This document shows, piece by piece, positions 19,663 through 28,686 of a DNA stretch of 64,000 nt; position 1 is the stretch's first letter; every line of letters starts with the position of its first letter. The position numbers were made by a program, and so were the translations under genes. Under the pieces are notes generated by a model. It saw only the letters and a list, made by a program, of their open reading frames with translations, was not told the DNA's origin and did not search any database. The stretch comes from Minisyncoccia bacterium (GTDB lineage: Bacteria > Patescibacteriota > Minisyncoccia > 2-02-FULL-40-12 > IGHO2-01-FULL-4-A), in assembly GCA_050015375.1 (NCBI GenBank), contig JBEKBN010000001.1:34683-98682 (forward strand). The letters are read 5' to 3'.

Positions 19663-20136
19663 TTAATACAATATAGTATTCGCACAGCAAATTGCAATAG
19701 CCAAGGCGTCAGCGGCGTCATCGGGCTCGGGAATGGTCTTCAAACTCAATATCAATTGGACCATCCGCTGGATTTGTTTTTTCTCGGCCCGGCCATAACC
19801 GGTGACCGCTTGCTTGACTTGAAGCGGGGTGAATTCGGCTGGCGTGATGCCATTTTTGACCGCCGCCAAGAGGATAATTCCCCGGATCTCGCTGACCTCG
19901 ATGACGGTTTTGTTGTTCTTGAAAAAATAGATATTCTCAATGGCGAGTTTGTCGGGCCGGAACTTTTTTATCAGCTCGTCAATGAAATCGTAGACCGTTA
20001 AAACACGGTTGGCATTTTTGATGTTGGCCGGAGTCCGAAAAACGCCGAACTTCACCGGCTTGTAGCTTTTTTTGTCGTAATCAATAATGCCGTAGCCGAT
20101 GAGGGATGTACCCGGGTCAATGCCGAGGATGCGCAT
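19663..20136 (-). CDS. ruvC: Holliday junction resolvase RuvC
   Basis: MRILGIDPG, VTGYGRAEK, DDAADALAIA. Confidence 0.97.
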   Translation of the reverse strand: MRILGIDPGTSLIGYGIIDYDKKSYKPVKFGVFRTPANIKNANRVLTVYDFIDELIKKFRPDKLAIENIYFFKNNKTVIEVSEIRGIILLAAVKNGITPAEFTPLQVKQAVTGYGRAEKKQIQRMVQLILSLKTIPEPDDAADALAIAICCANTILY

Positions 20137-20143
20137 GGGGGAG

Positions 20144-20216
20144 TTTGTAGTTTGTAGTTTGTAGTTTGTAGAACTTCCTACACCGCTACTTACCACAAAC
20201 TACTCACTACTAACTA
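20144..20216. repeat. Heptamer tandem repeat (TTTGTAG x4) followed by degenerate inverted CTAC-containing units
   Basis: Direct reading of the sequence. Confidence 0.75.
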
Positions 20217-20733
20217 AATTGGAGTAGATATTTTCGACATCGTCTTGGTCGTCGAGTTCGGTGAAAAGTTTTTCAAGTTTGTTTTTTAAATTCTGGTCGG
20301 AGATTTCAAGCGGGTTTCGCGGATTCCATGACTGGTCGAACATCCAGTTGAGTGAATTCTCCGGCACCATTTTGGCGTCATTTTTGAACAAAATATTTTT
20401 TATCTCACCGATGGTTCGGTTTCGGTTGTCGGTAATACCTTCGACGACAATGGCGACTCCATTTGGTCCCATCGCTTGGATAATGAATTCATCTAGCGCG
20501 GCGGCATCTTTTTCAGATGCTTTTTTGATAGCCCGTTCGATGTTGTCATTGGGCATATTGAAATCGCGCGCCTCGTCAATGGCGTTTTGAAGTTTGTAAT
20601 TCGCTTTCGGATCGGCGCCGTCTCGGGCGGCCATCGCGATCTTTTTGGCGAATTTACTGAAAATCTGGCCCTTTTTCTGGTCGTTAACGCCTTTTTGCCT
20701 CTTAATTTGTTGCCATTTACTGTGCCCACTCAT
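20200..20733 (-). CDS. yebC: YebC/PmpR family protein (short form)
   Basis: MSGHSKWQQIK, TDNRNRT, DDVENIYSN. Confidence 0.92.
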   Translation of the reverse strand: MSGHSKWQQIKRQKGVNDQKKGQIFSKFAKKIAMAARDGADPKANYKLQNAIDEARDFNMPNDNIERAIKKASEKDAAALDEFIIQAMGPNGVAIVVEGITDNRNRTIGEIKNILFKNDAKMVPENSLNWMFDQSWNPRNPLEISDQNLKNKLEKLFTELDDQDDVENIYSNLVSSE

Positions 20734-20856
20734 ATTTTTGTATTTTTCATCTTAAGTTAACCCCTTTTTAATATCTTGGTCAATATTGGAAAAAGGTGGT
20801 AAGATTGTCTGGCAATGAAAAGCTATTTTAAAATTCAAAAATATCGGGAGGTCATT

Positions 20857-21645
20857 ATGAAATGGCTATGGGTGAGTTCTGTTTTTGTGTTTGTTTTCAT
20901 TTTGGGATTATCGGGCACTTCTCGAGCGCAAACCGCCAGCTCGGCCAGTGATGTCCGGCTCGATTATGTCAGGAATCAATTGCTTGCTGGTGGATTTAAT
21001 CAGGCACAAGTAGGGAATTTGCTTACCGACAGCCGGATCCAGCTTTTGCCGAAAATTTCCGTCGCTTACAAACCGGCGAATTGGACGGCGGTCGCCAAAA
21101 GAATGTATTCGAAAACATCGGTTCAGGCCGGCGTCAATTATATCAAAAGCAATCAAGCAATTTTTGACGACACGCAAAAATATTATGGCGTGCCAAGCGG
21201 AGTCATCGCCGGCATCATGGCTATCGAGACCAATTTCGGAAGCAACGTCGGTAGTTATCCCGTTTTTAACGCCCTCTATTCGCGGATGGAACACTGGCCG
21301 GCAAGTTCCTGGCAATATCAGGCGGGAGAGCTGGTGGCATTTTCGAAATATTGTCTGAACGCGAATTTTGATTGTCTACAATTGAAAGGTTCATACGCTG
21401 GCGCCATCGGTCTCGTTCAATTCATGCCCGATTCTATTTTGGCCTACGGCGTGGATGGCGACAAAGACGGCGTTGTTGACCTCCTCAACGCGGCCGATGC
21501 CGTTCCCAGCGCCGCCAATTTTCTTATCCGCCACGGCTGGTTCGTGAATAAACTCAAAGCTCTCGGCAGTTATTACGGCTCACCCGTCGGCTATCCAAGC
21601 ATCGTCCTGACCTACTCGACTCTGGTTGCGAAAGGGTTGAAATAA
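20857..21645 (+). CDS. Lytic murein transglycosylase (MltB/SLT_2 family)
   Basis: Signal peptide; IETNFG, GSYAGAIGLVQFMP, DGDKDG; GGGAGG RBS. Confidence 0.88.
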   Translation: MKWLWVSSVFVFVFILGLSGTSRAQTASSASDVRLDYVRNQLLAGGFNQAQVGNLLTDSRIQLLPKISVAYKPANWTAVAKRMYSKTSVQAGVNYIKSNQAIFDDTQKYYGVPSGVIAGIMAIETNFGSNVGSYPVFNALYSRMEHWPASSWQYQAGELVAFSKYCLNANFDCLQLKGSYAGAIGLVQFMPDSILAYGVDGDKDGVVDLLNAADAVPSAANFLIRHGWFVNKLKALGSYYGSPVGYPSIVLTYSTLVAKGLK

Positions 21646-21720
21646 CATTACCCACAATTTGTGAACAGATTATCAACTGGTGGCGTGGCGCGGGCGGACG
21701 GGGAGGAATAGAATATTTCT

Positions 21721-21861
21721 ATGGCCAAGAAAACAAAAAAGGAATATCGGAGTTCCAAAACCGGCCAGATGGTCTCGGCTGATTTCGGCAAGAAACACCC
21801 ATCAACGACTGAATGGGAAACCATACCAATGAAACTTCCCGTCCGAAAAAAGAAAAAATGA
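21721..21861 (+). CDS. Small basic protein (46 aa) not in the ORF track
   Basis: MAKKTKKEYRSSKTGQMVSADFGKKHPSTTEW...; TAGAAT -10 just upstream; ATGA overlap with mscL. Confidence 0.55.
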   Translation: MAKKTKKEYRSSKTGQMVSADFGKKHPSTTEWETIPMKLPVRKKKK

Positions 21862-22280
21862 AAGCCGACATGACGATTCTCAAAGAATTCAAACAATTTC
21901 TGCTTCGGGGAAATGTGGTTGACCTTGCCGTCGGCGTCGTTATCGGCGCCGCGTTCGGCACCGTGGTCTCAGCGTTGGTCAAAGACATCCTGACCCCGCT
22001 CATCGGAGCCATCGCCAGAGTGCCCGATTTTTCCGGTCTCGCCTTCACCATCAATAAAAGCAAATTCTTATACGGCAATTTTCTCAACGGCATAATTTCT
22101 TTTTTACTTGTGGCGACGGCGATTTTCTTCTTCGTCATCAAGCCCATGAATTACCTTGTTTCCCGTTCCCACAAAGAACCGCCGGCCGACCCAACGACCA
22201 AAAAATGTCCGGAATGTCTGAGTGAAATTCCCATCCAGGCCAAACGTTGCGCCCATTGTGCCCAAAAACTCGAAGAATAA
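21858..22280 (+). CDS. mscL: Large-conductance mechanosensitive channel with C-terminal Zn-ribbon
   Basis: KEFKQFLLRGNVVDLAVGVVIGAAF; CPEC...CAHC. Confidence 0.95.
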   Translation: MKADMTILKEFKQFLLRGNVVDLAVGVVIGAAFGTVVSALVKDILTPLIGAIARVPDFSGLAFTINKSKFLYGNFLNGIISFLLVATAIFFFVIKPMNYLVSRSHKEPPADPTTKKCPECLSEIPIQAKRCAHCAQKLEE

Positions 22281-22289
22281 TTTTCAAAC

Positions 22290-22541
22290 ATGAACAAAGA
22301 AAAACCATCTATAATTTTGCGGGACGGGACGGAAATTTACGGGTCGCATGGGCCGACGGAAGAAACCAAAAAAGCGGTGGAAGAGCAGGAACAACGGGAT
22401 ATTGAATTTGCCAAACAATTCCGGGACCTGGACAAGAACGCATTACCTCCGACCGTGGAAGTTCCCAAAGAAGAGAAAAAAGACAATGTCATCGAATTTC
22501 CTTCCCGGAAAAAAGCTGACGGCCAAAAAGAGGCGGCGTAA
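22290..22541 (+). CDS. Hypothetical protein
   Basis: 83 aa, co-oriented in the operon. Confidence 0.55.
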   Translation: MNKEKPSIILRDGTEIYGSHGPTEETKKAVEEQEQRDIEFAKQFRDLDKNALPPTVEVPKEEKKDNVIEFPSRKKADGQKEAA

Positions 22542-22576
22542 ACGGTCTCTCTGAAAATAAACGAATTAATTCACTC

Positions 22577-23560
22577 ATGGCGGAAAAAGAACCAAAAAAG
22601 GGAGAAATAGTCATCTACAAAACCTCAAAAGGGCCGGAGTTGGAAGTTAAGTTGGAGAAGGAAACCATTTGGCTGACGCAGGCGCAGATTGCTTTACTTT
22701 TTGATTCAGAAAGAAGCGTTATCACAAAACATCTAAACAACATATTCGAAGAAGGCGAGATTGATCAGAAAAGCAATGTGCAAAAAATGCACATTGCAAA
22801 TTCTGATAAGCCCGTGGCATTTTATAGCCTCGATGTCATAATCTCCGTCGGTTATCGGGTCAATTCAAAAAGCGCAACCCAGTTCAGGATTTGGGCGACG
22901 AGAACCCTCAAACAGCATCTCATCCAGGGATATACCATCAATGAAAAAAGATTGCTGAACGCAAGGGCGAAATTCGCCGAACTCCAAAGCGCCATTTTGT
23001 TTTTAAGCGAGAAATCAAAACACGAACTTCTTGGCGGACAAGAACAGGAAATATTGAACCTGCTTTCAATCTATTCGAAGACCCTTACCCTCCTTGAGCA
23101 ATACGATACCAATAAGCTCAAAACCGTTTCCGGCAAAAAAGCCAAGTTCGTTTTAGATTACGCAAAATCAAAAAAGATAATCGAAGATGTTGGAGTCGGA
23201 TTGGCCTCAATGGGAGGCGCAGGGGATTTGTTCGGCCAAGAATATACGGGTAAATTGGAGGCCATTGTCAAAAACCTCTATCAAACATATGACGGCAAAG
23301 AACTCTATGACACCATTGAGGAAAAAGCCGCCCATCTTTTATACCTAACCATCAAAGACCATCCTTTCGCTGACGGCAATAAAAGAATCGCCTCATTTTT
23401 GTTTGTTTATTATTTGGACAAAAATAGCTATCTTTACAAAGAAACCGGCGAAAAGAAGATTAACGACAATGCTCTGGTAGCCCTAGCCCTGTTGATTGCG
23501 GTCAGCAAACCACTCGAGAAAGATGTTATGATAAAAATAATCATGAATTTGTTGGTTTAA
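22577..23560 (+). CDS. RhuM/Fic (DOC) family protein
   Basis: ETIWLTQAQIA, VGYRVNS..ATQFRIWAT; Fic motif HPFADGNKR. Confidence 0.92.
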   Translation: MAEKEPKKGEIVIYKTSKGPELEVKLEKETIWLTQAQIALLFDSERSVITKHLNNIFEEGEIDQKSNVQKMHIANSDKPVAFYSLDVIISVGYRVNSKSATQFRIWATRTLKQHLIQGYTINEKRLLNARAKFAELQSAILFLSEKSKHELLGGQEQEILNLLSIYSKTLTLLEQYDTNKLKTVSGKKAKFVLDYAKSKKIIEDVGVGLASMGGAGDLFGQEYTGKLEAIVKNLYQTYDGKELYDTIEEKAAHLLYLTIKDHPFADGNKRIASFLFVYYLDKNSYLYKETGEKKINDNALVALALLIAVSKPLEKDVMIKIIMNLLV

Positions 23561-23656
23561 TTTCCATTCGCCCGGAAAGAGTTTCCCCGGGCCCGTCGGA
23601 GGATTGAAAAAATCCGGGGGAGATGTAAAATGAAGGGGAATCTGGCGGCTCGATCT

Positions 23657-24058
23657 ATGGGAAACACCTACCTCTCGTATCAGCAATTAAAAAAACCATC
23701 ATGGTCTCCGCCGAGCTGGCTTTTCGGCCCGGTCTGGACGGCGCTTTATATTTTAATCGTCATTTCCTTCGGTTACACCGGCTGGCTGTTTTTCAACGGT
23801 AAAATTTCCTTCCTCATCCTTTTGCCGTTCATCCTGAATCTAATTTTCAATTTTTCTTTTACCACTATCCAATTCAAACTCAAGAATAATCTGCTGGCGG
23901 CCGCCGACATCTTGCTTGTCTTAGCCACTCTCATCTGGGCCATGGTTGCCATCTATTTTGACGTCCGCTGGATCGCCTATCTCCAAATACCATATTTTCT
24001 CTGGGTTTCCTTCGCGACCATACTGCAACTGACAGTTACATATTTAAACCGGGAATAA
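23657..24058 (+). CDS. tspO: TspO/MBR family protein
   Basis: YQQLKKPSWSPPSWLFGPVWT, PYFLWVSFA. Confidence 0.92.
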   Translation: MGNTYLSYQQLKKPSWSPPSWLFGPVWTALYILIVISFGYTGWLFFNGKISFLILLPFILNLIFNFSFTTIQFKLKNNLLAAADILLVLATLIWAMVAIYFDVRWIAYLQIPYFLWVSFATILQLTVTYLNRE

Positions 24059-24116
24059 ACACTTCGGACAACGAAAGATATTATTCTGAATGGCCCCGAC
24101 CCGCCGGAACCGTTGA

Positions 24117-24143
24117 CCCTCACACCAAATTTTGGTGTGCGGG
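24117..24143. mobile_element. 27-bp CACACC-family palindrome with TTGA duplication
   Basis: TTGA-CCCTCACACCAAATTTTGGTGTGCGGG-TTGA. Confidence 0.7.
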
Positions 24144-24251
24144 TTGATTTTTTGAGCAAAAAGTGGAATAGTTTGTGTTTGAACCGAGAAAAGAGTAGAA
24201 TGGAAGCCGGGTATTTAAATCGTAATATTAATTTTTTAAATCAAATTTCAC

Positions 24252-24800
24252 ATGAATATCAAAGATGTAAAAACAGCAATAAAGGTTGGTGATTTTGTAT
24301 TGAGGAAAAATCATAGAAATAAAATAGATATCAAATATTTATCTAGTTTAAGCAGTGACATACTTACTGATAATTCGGCCAGGGTTTATTTAATAATTCA
24401 AGACGAGATTATTAAGAAAATCGGAGGCTCTGCTTCAAAAGGGGGAATTAAGGCAACAATGGCATTCTATGTTTCAGCCATGGAAGGAAGTCCGGGCGTC
24501 CCCAGGTTTGTTCTTCACCTCCTTATTGAAAGAGCTCTAATTGGCAAATCAAAAATGGAATTATACATGATAACTTCTCCTAAAACACTTGCCAGGGTCA
24601 GTGGCTTATTCGGCTATAAGAAAGTAAAAATTGCAAGTTTTAAGGAGATGGAGGATTTATGCAAATCCGATTATTTTTCGATAGAAAAGAAATATCCCGA
24701 TTGGAATTTCCAAGAAAATCACCAACCGTATCCTCCTGACTTGGCAAAAGAGCATAATTTATACCACCAAAGACGGCTCAAAAATAAACTTAAATTTTAG
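24252..24800 (+). CDS. Putative type II restriction endonuclease, GIY-YIG type (Hpy188I-like)
   Basis: RVYLIIQDEIIKKIGGS, late E and WN motifs; convergent with the MTase. Confidence 0.6.
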   Translation: MNIKDVKTAIKVGDFVLRKNHRNKIDIKYLSSLSSDILTDNSARVYLIIQDEIIKKIGGSASKGGIKATMAFYVSAMEGSPGVPRFVLHLLIERALIGKSKMELYMITSPKTLARVSGLFGYKKVKIASFKEMEDLCKSDYFSIEKKYPDWNFQENHQPYPPDLAKEHNLYHQRRLKNKLKF

Positions 24801-26328
24801 GTGGACAGAAAATAATTATCTCGTGAGACTCTTTTATGTGATTCCCATTACCATTCCTTCGATTCAATCCTATTCTGGTTTCCCCTTGGCCCATAGTGTA
24901 TTGCCATGAAGGGAAAAGTTGCTGAAATTCCTTGTAATGTTCTTTTATCGTCGGGCAGTTATTATATGAGAGGATGAATCCTCCTTTATGATTTTTTAAC
25001 AAATCTCGCAAATCCTCATGAGGGAATCCCTTATGATGAACAGGTATATTTCTCATCGGATAGATCCCTTTAAACATTTTTGAATCTTTACCTATGTAAT
25101 AAGGGGGATCGCAATACAAAAAATCGTCGGGGTGATCTCTAATGACATCCCTAAAATCCGCACACTCAACTTTAAGATTATTGGGATCAAAATCTCGGAT
25201 ATTTTCAATTGTCCTCTTATATTTTTTGTCATTCAAATAAATGTCAGATGACCAGCCCATAAACCCTGGGCCATATGATAAATTGAAGTTGTAAACATAA
25301 TAGACAGCCAAAGTTAGCGGATCTAGTTTAACTTTCTTTTTCCACACATCATTCAATATTAATCTAATTCTTTCAAATGTTTCCTTGTTTGGTTTCAACT
25401 CTTTCAATTTTTTATAAAGAAGTTTTGGTTTATTAATCTGAAACCCCCAGTAATTACAGAGAATATCAAAAATATCATAACCAATAACTTCCAGGCCGAG
25501 TTCTTTACTCATGGCTATTTCGATTGAACCACCGCCGAAAAACGGTGATACAACCCTTTTTATATTCTCTGGCAGTAACTCAACTATATGACCCACGGCT
25601 AAACTTTTTCCACCCGCATATCTTATGGGGGAAAGAGCAACTCTTTTGTATTTGTTCTGACTGTCCGGATTAGAACTTCTGATACGGTCTAAGAAAGTTT
25701 TTTTTCTGAGCGCTAATGTATTGTTCTTATTGCCATTTTCCAAATTTCTTATAATTTTGATTACGATACCCCGGATCTCTAATTCTTTACGATAGATCGG
25801 CAATATTTCCTGATTTGCCGGTTGTAATCTAAAGCGTCCACTTTCTCGATAGATTTTTTTTAGGGTCGCCTTATCGTCATCAATAATTGCTACTACAGTT
25901 TGACCATCATCGGCGGTTTTTTGCTCACGAATTACCACGGTATCCCCGTCAAATATCCCATCGTTAATCATGCTATTGCCCGACACTCTTAATGCATAGT
26001 GCCTGCCAGCAATTGGAATTTCAGTCTGGGGAATAAAGATATTTTCTCCGTGCATCTCAAGCGCTTCAATCGGTTGACCAGCGGCAATTGTCCCGAGGAG
26101 GGGGATACGGACCAGTTTAGTCGAGGTTTTGACAATTTGAATTCCTCGCGCGCGGCCGTTAGCTTTTTCCAGATATCCCTTGTCCTGCAGGATCATCAGA
26201 TGTTCGTGTGCCGTTGACGGCGAAATCCTAAGTCGGCGGGCAATTTCACGTTCGGTCGGAGCGATGCCTTTTTTTGCGATGACTTTATCCACAAGATCTT
26301 TCACTTGTTTCTGTCTTGGTGTGAGCAT
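24790..26328 (-). CDS. lexA: LexA repressor fused to a Dam-like (D12) N6-adenine DNA methyltransferase
   Basis: LTPRQ wHTH, AG cleavage site (IAAGQP), GNSM and TLKK dyad; then RYAGGKS, SPFFGGGS, DPPY. Confidence 0.9.
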   Translation of the reverse strand: MLTPRQKQVKDLVDKVIAKKGIAPTEREIARRLRISPSTAHEHLMILQDKGYLEKANGRARGIQIVKTSTKLVRIPLLGTIAAGQPIEALEMHGENIFIPQTEIPIAGRHYALRVSGNSMINDGIFDGDTVVIREQKTADDGQTVVAIIDDDKATLKKIYRESGRFRLQPANQEILPIYRKELEIRGIVIKIIRNLENGNKNNTLALRKKTFLDRIRSSNPDSQNKYKRVALSPIRYAGGKSLAVGHIVELLPENIKRVVSPFFGGGSIEIAMSKELGLEVIGYDIFDILCNYWGFQINKPKLLYKKLKELKPNKETFERIRLILNDVWKKKVKLDPLTLAVYYVYNFNLSYGPGFMGWSSDIYLNDKKYKRTIENIRDFDPNNLKVECADFRDVIRDHPDDFLYCDPPYYIGKDSKMFKGIYPMRNIPVHHKGFPHEDLRDLLKNHKGGFILSYNNCPTIKEHYKEFQQLFPSWQYTMGQGETRIGLNRRNGNGNHIKESHEIIIFCPPKI

Positions 26329-26349
26329 ATTATAATTATACAATATATA

Positions 26350-26378
26350 CCCGAGCAGAACCCGAGCAGTTATCCACA
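26350..26378 (-). promoter_or_regulatory. Direct repeat CCCGAGCAG x2 (candidate LexA operator) plus a DnaA box
   Basis: Period-11 repeat immediately upstream of TATAAT; TTATCCACA at 26370. Confidence 0.55.
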
Positions 26379-26502
26379 GTCAATTATTGAATCAAATTAT
26401 GAAGAGAGTATTATTGTATGTTAAATTATTAATTAAAATAACTATCGTACGAAAAGGGCTTCAAACAAAACCCTTTCAGTAGGGTAGTGAAAATTAATCT
26501 CA

Positions 26503-27015
26503 ATGTACAAAAATATTCATAATTTCGTTCCATTTCAACATGACAATCAAGATTTTAAAAACAAACTAATAGGTTTTGCACGCAACCAAGATAAGATAAA
26601 AATTGAAGGTGTTTTTACGGCAACTCTAATCTATACAAACCTCGTTGATTATTTAGCTACGAACCTGTTCGATAATCTAAATAAAATGTTATCAATTTTT
26701 ACATTTAAAAAATTTGGTGGCGTTTTTCATCTAGATACATCCCAAAAAAGGACCCATTTATCAGTCGGAGAGTTACAGAGAGAATTAAGTTATTTCGAAT
26801 TTCCAAATCGAAATGATTTTTTGGCATGTTTAGAAGAATTCAGGAGGCTCCGAAATGAAGTTATGCATAATCTCATGGGAGTTGATCCCAACGACACAAC
26901 AATGAAACTTGATAAGGGTTTAGCGAGGATTGCAGAGATTTCCGAAGATATTCTAGCGAAATATAATGTGATTTGTGCAGGGCTTATAACTATTTGGAAT
27001 AACGCCAACGCTTAA
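26503..27015 (+). CDS. Hypothetical helical protein (possible HEPN-like)
   Basis: RNEVMH (RxxxxH) motif; AT-rich. Confidence 0.5.
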   Translation: MYKNIHNFVPFQHDNQDFKNKLIGFARNQDKIKIEGVFTATLIYTNLVDYLATNLFDNLNKMLSIFTFKKFGGVFHLDTSQKRTHLSVGELQRELSYFEFPNRNDFLACLEEFRRLRNEVMHNLMGVDPNDTTMKLDKGLARIAEISEDILAKYNVICAGLITIWNNANA

Positions 27016-27053
27016 AGGAGTAATATAATTAATCAAGAAAGGAGGTAAATAAT

Positions 27054-27281
27054 ATGCATAGGCAAAATAAACAAGTAATAGAATATATTCTGCTCATTTC
27101 AATTATTATATTACCCTTTGTCGCGGGGTATATATTTAATGATTACAAAATACCAGCATTTCTCTTTTTGCTTGGTACTGCTCTGTTTCATGTTGTCAGA
27201 GAAAGGATTCAATCGAATATAAGCGGAGAGGGGGTCAGAAAAATTACAGTGGGTAGCAAAGCACCCCCTGGATCCAGCTAA
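27054..27281 (+). CDS. Small membrane protein
   Basis: AAGGAGGT RBS; 2 TMs. Confidence 0.5.
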   Translation: MHRQNKQVIEYILLISIIILPFVAGYIFNDYKIPAFLFLLGTALFHVVRERIQSNISGEGVRKITVGSKAPPGSS

Positions 27282-27373
27282 AGGTGATTTATGGCTTAAA
27301 ACAAAAGACTGACATGGATAGCGAAAATCGTACAGCTTGGATTGAGGGAAAAACAGTGCGATAATTGATTGTC

Positions 27374-27850
27374 ATGGAAAGCACAACAACATTTGTTCGG
27401 GATTTAATTAAGGGTCGGATTGCAGAAACGATTTTTGAAATGATGTTTCGGGAAACCGGAAAATTTACCATTCTCCGTTTTGGCTATGAATATACCCAGC
27501 CGGAACTCGCCCAGTACAAACATTATTTAAGATTACCGGAAGCCATCGAAAATATAGATAATTCCCCGGACTTTATTTTGTTATCGAATGATAAAACAAA
27601 AGTATATTTAGTTGAAGTAAAATACAGATCAAGTTTTGACTCAGACAAGATAAAAGTGATTGCCCAAAGCATTGCTTCAAGATGGCATTCCCCATACTTA
27701 TTTATCGCTACTCCAAAGGGTTTCTTTTTTGAACCATGCAATACAATCATCAAAAATAATGGAAACATCGGGCAATTATTTGATAATAAAGTGCCAAAAG
27801 AAATCCAAGAGAAATACCTAGAACTACTCAATGAATTTGAAAGAAAATAA
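27374..27850 (+). CDS. PD-(D/E)XK nuclease-like protein
   Basis: GRIAE...PDFIL...LVEVKYR. Confidence 0.7.
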   Translation: MESTTTFVRDLIKGRIAETIFEMMFRETGKFTILRFGYEYTQPELAQYKHYLRLPEAIENIDNSPDFILLSNDKTKVYLVEVKYRSSFDSDKIKVIAQSIASRWHSPYLFIATPKGFFFEPCNTIIKNNGNIGQLFDNKVPKEIQEKYLELLNEFERK

Positions 27851-27859
27851 CGCCAACTT

Positions 27860-27958
27860 GTGATCCGGAAAATCAAAAATAAATATGTGGTTTTGTCCGA
27901 GAACGGCGAGCGGAAATTCGAGAGGTATAAATTTGAAAAAGCGATCAAACAGAAGTAA
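27860..27958 (+). pseudogene. Truncated paralogue of the 28438 small protein
   Basis: MIRKIKNKYVVLSENGERKF, then diverges and stops. Confidence 0.5.
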
Positions 27959-27967
27959 AATTAAGGC

Positions 27968-28396
27968 GTGGGGAAAATAATAAAAATATCTGAAAAGCTG
28001 TATCAATTCAGGGATGAGACGGCCCTGATCATAGTTGCGGCCAAGCAGGAAGGCCGCGTTTTTCGCGCCGGCAACGGCGAACTCGAGCTTCTGGAAAAAT
28101 TCCGCGTCTCCACACCGCACTTTTCCGACAATGAAGGAATGTCGCAGGAGCGTGGACGTCGGGAAAATATCATTGAGGAAAACATCCATCACGAATACTT
28201 TGAGCATTTCCAAAAACTTTTGCGTTCCCTCGCGCCCCGTCTCAAGCCGACCCATATTTATCTCTTCGCTCCGGCTCATGTGGCAGGGGAGCTGGAGAAT
28301 ATCGTGAGACCGATCTTCGGCGCTCTGGCCGTCAGAACCGTCACCGGTATTTTCACCAAAGACACGCCGGTTGAATTCCTTGAACGGCTTCATTGA
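27968..28396 (+). CDS. Host-attachment/baeRF12-like protein
   Basis: LIIVAAKQEGRVF, IYLFAP..VAGEL. Confidence 0.55.
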   Translation: MGKIIKISEKLYQFRDETALIIVAAKQEGRVFRAGNGELELLEKFRVSTPHFSDNEGMSQERGRRENIIEENIHHEYFEHFQKLLRSLAPRLKPTHIYLFAPAHVAGELENIVRPIFGALAVRTVTGIFTKDTPVEFLERLH

Positions 28397-28437
28397 GCCA
28401 GTGATTCATCGGGAACAAAAAATCAGAAAACTATTTC

Positions 28438-28578
28438 ATGATAAGAAAGATAAAAAACAAATACGTCGTCCTGTCGGAGAATTCGGGGCGGAAGTTCGGG
28501 AGTTACCGGACTCTAAAGGAAGCCAAAAAGCGCCTCCGCCAAGTTGAGTTCTTCAAGCACCGGAAATTCAAAAAATAG
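28438..28578 (+). CDS. Small basic protein (46 aa) not in the ORF track
   Basis: MIRKIKNKYVVLSENSGRKFGSYRTLKEAKKRLRQVEFFKH; followed by a terminator. Confidence 0.7.
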   Translation: MIRKIKNKYVVLSENSGRKFGSYRTLKEAKKRLRQVEFFKHRKFKK

Positions 28579-28595
28579 CCGCAGGGCTATTTTTT
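28570..28595. terminator. Intrinsic terminator
   Basis: AAAAAATAGCC-GCAG-GGCTATTTTTT. Confidence 0.65.
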
Positions 28596-28686
28596 GATGA
28601 TTTGACATAATATCTTAAATCAGGTAATTTTAATCAGTTTTTATAACGCAGTTAGGACTGGGTTTTAGGCCCAAAGAAGGAGGTTT

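Noticed and set aside
19357-20001. 214-aa Ser-rich + strand ORF
   Set aside because: Antisense shadow of the acidic protein and ruvC; the Ser runs are complements of GAA/GAC codons
20200-20733. yebC as a pseudogene because it is short
   Set aside because: N- and C-terminal motifs are intact and in frame, consistent with a streamlined internal deletion
23565-23656. Possible riboswitch upstream of tspO
   Set aside because: Only short hairpins (GCCCGG/CCGGGC); no recognisable aptamer consensus
24091-24112. tRNA-like or att remnant at the island's left edge
   Set aside because: No cloverleaf and no matching repeat at the right edge
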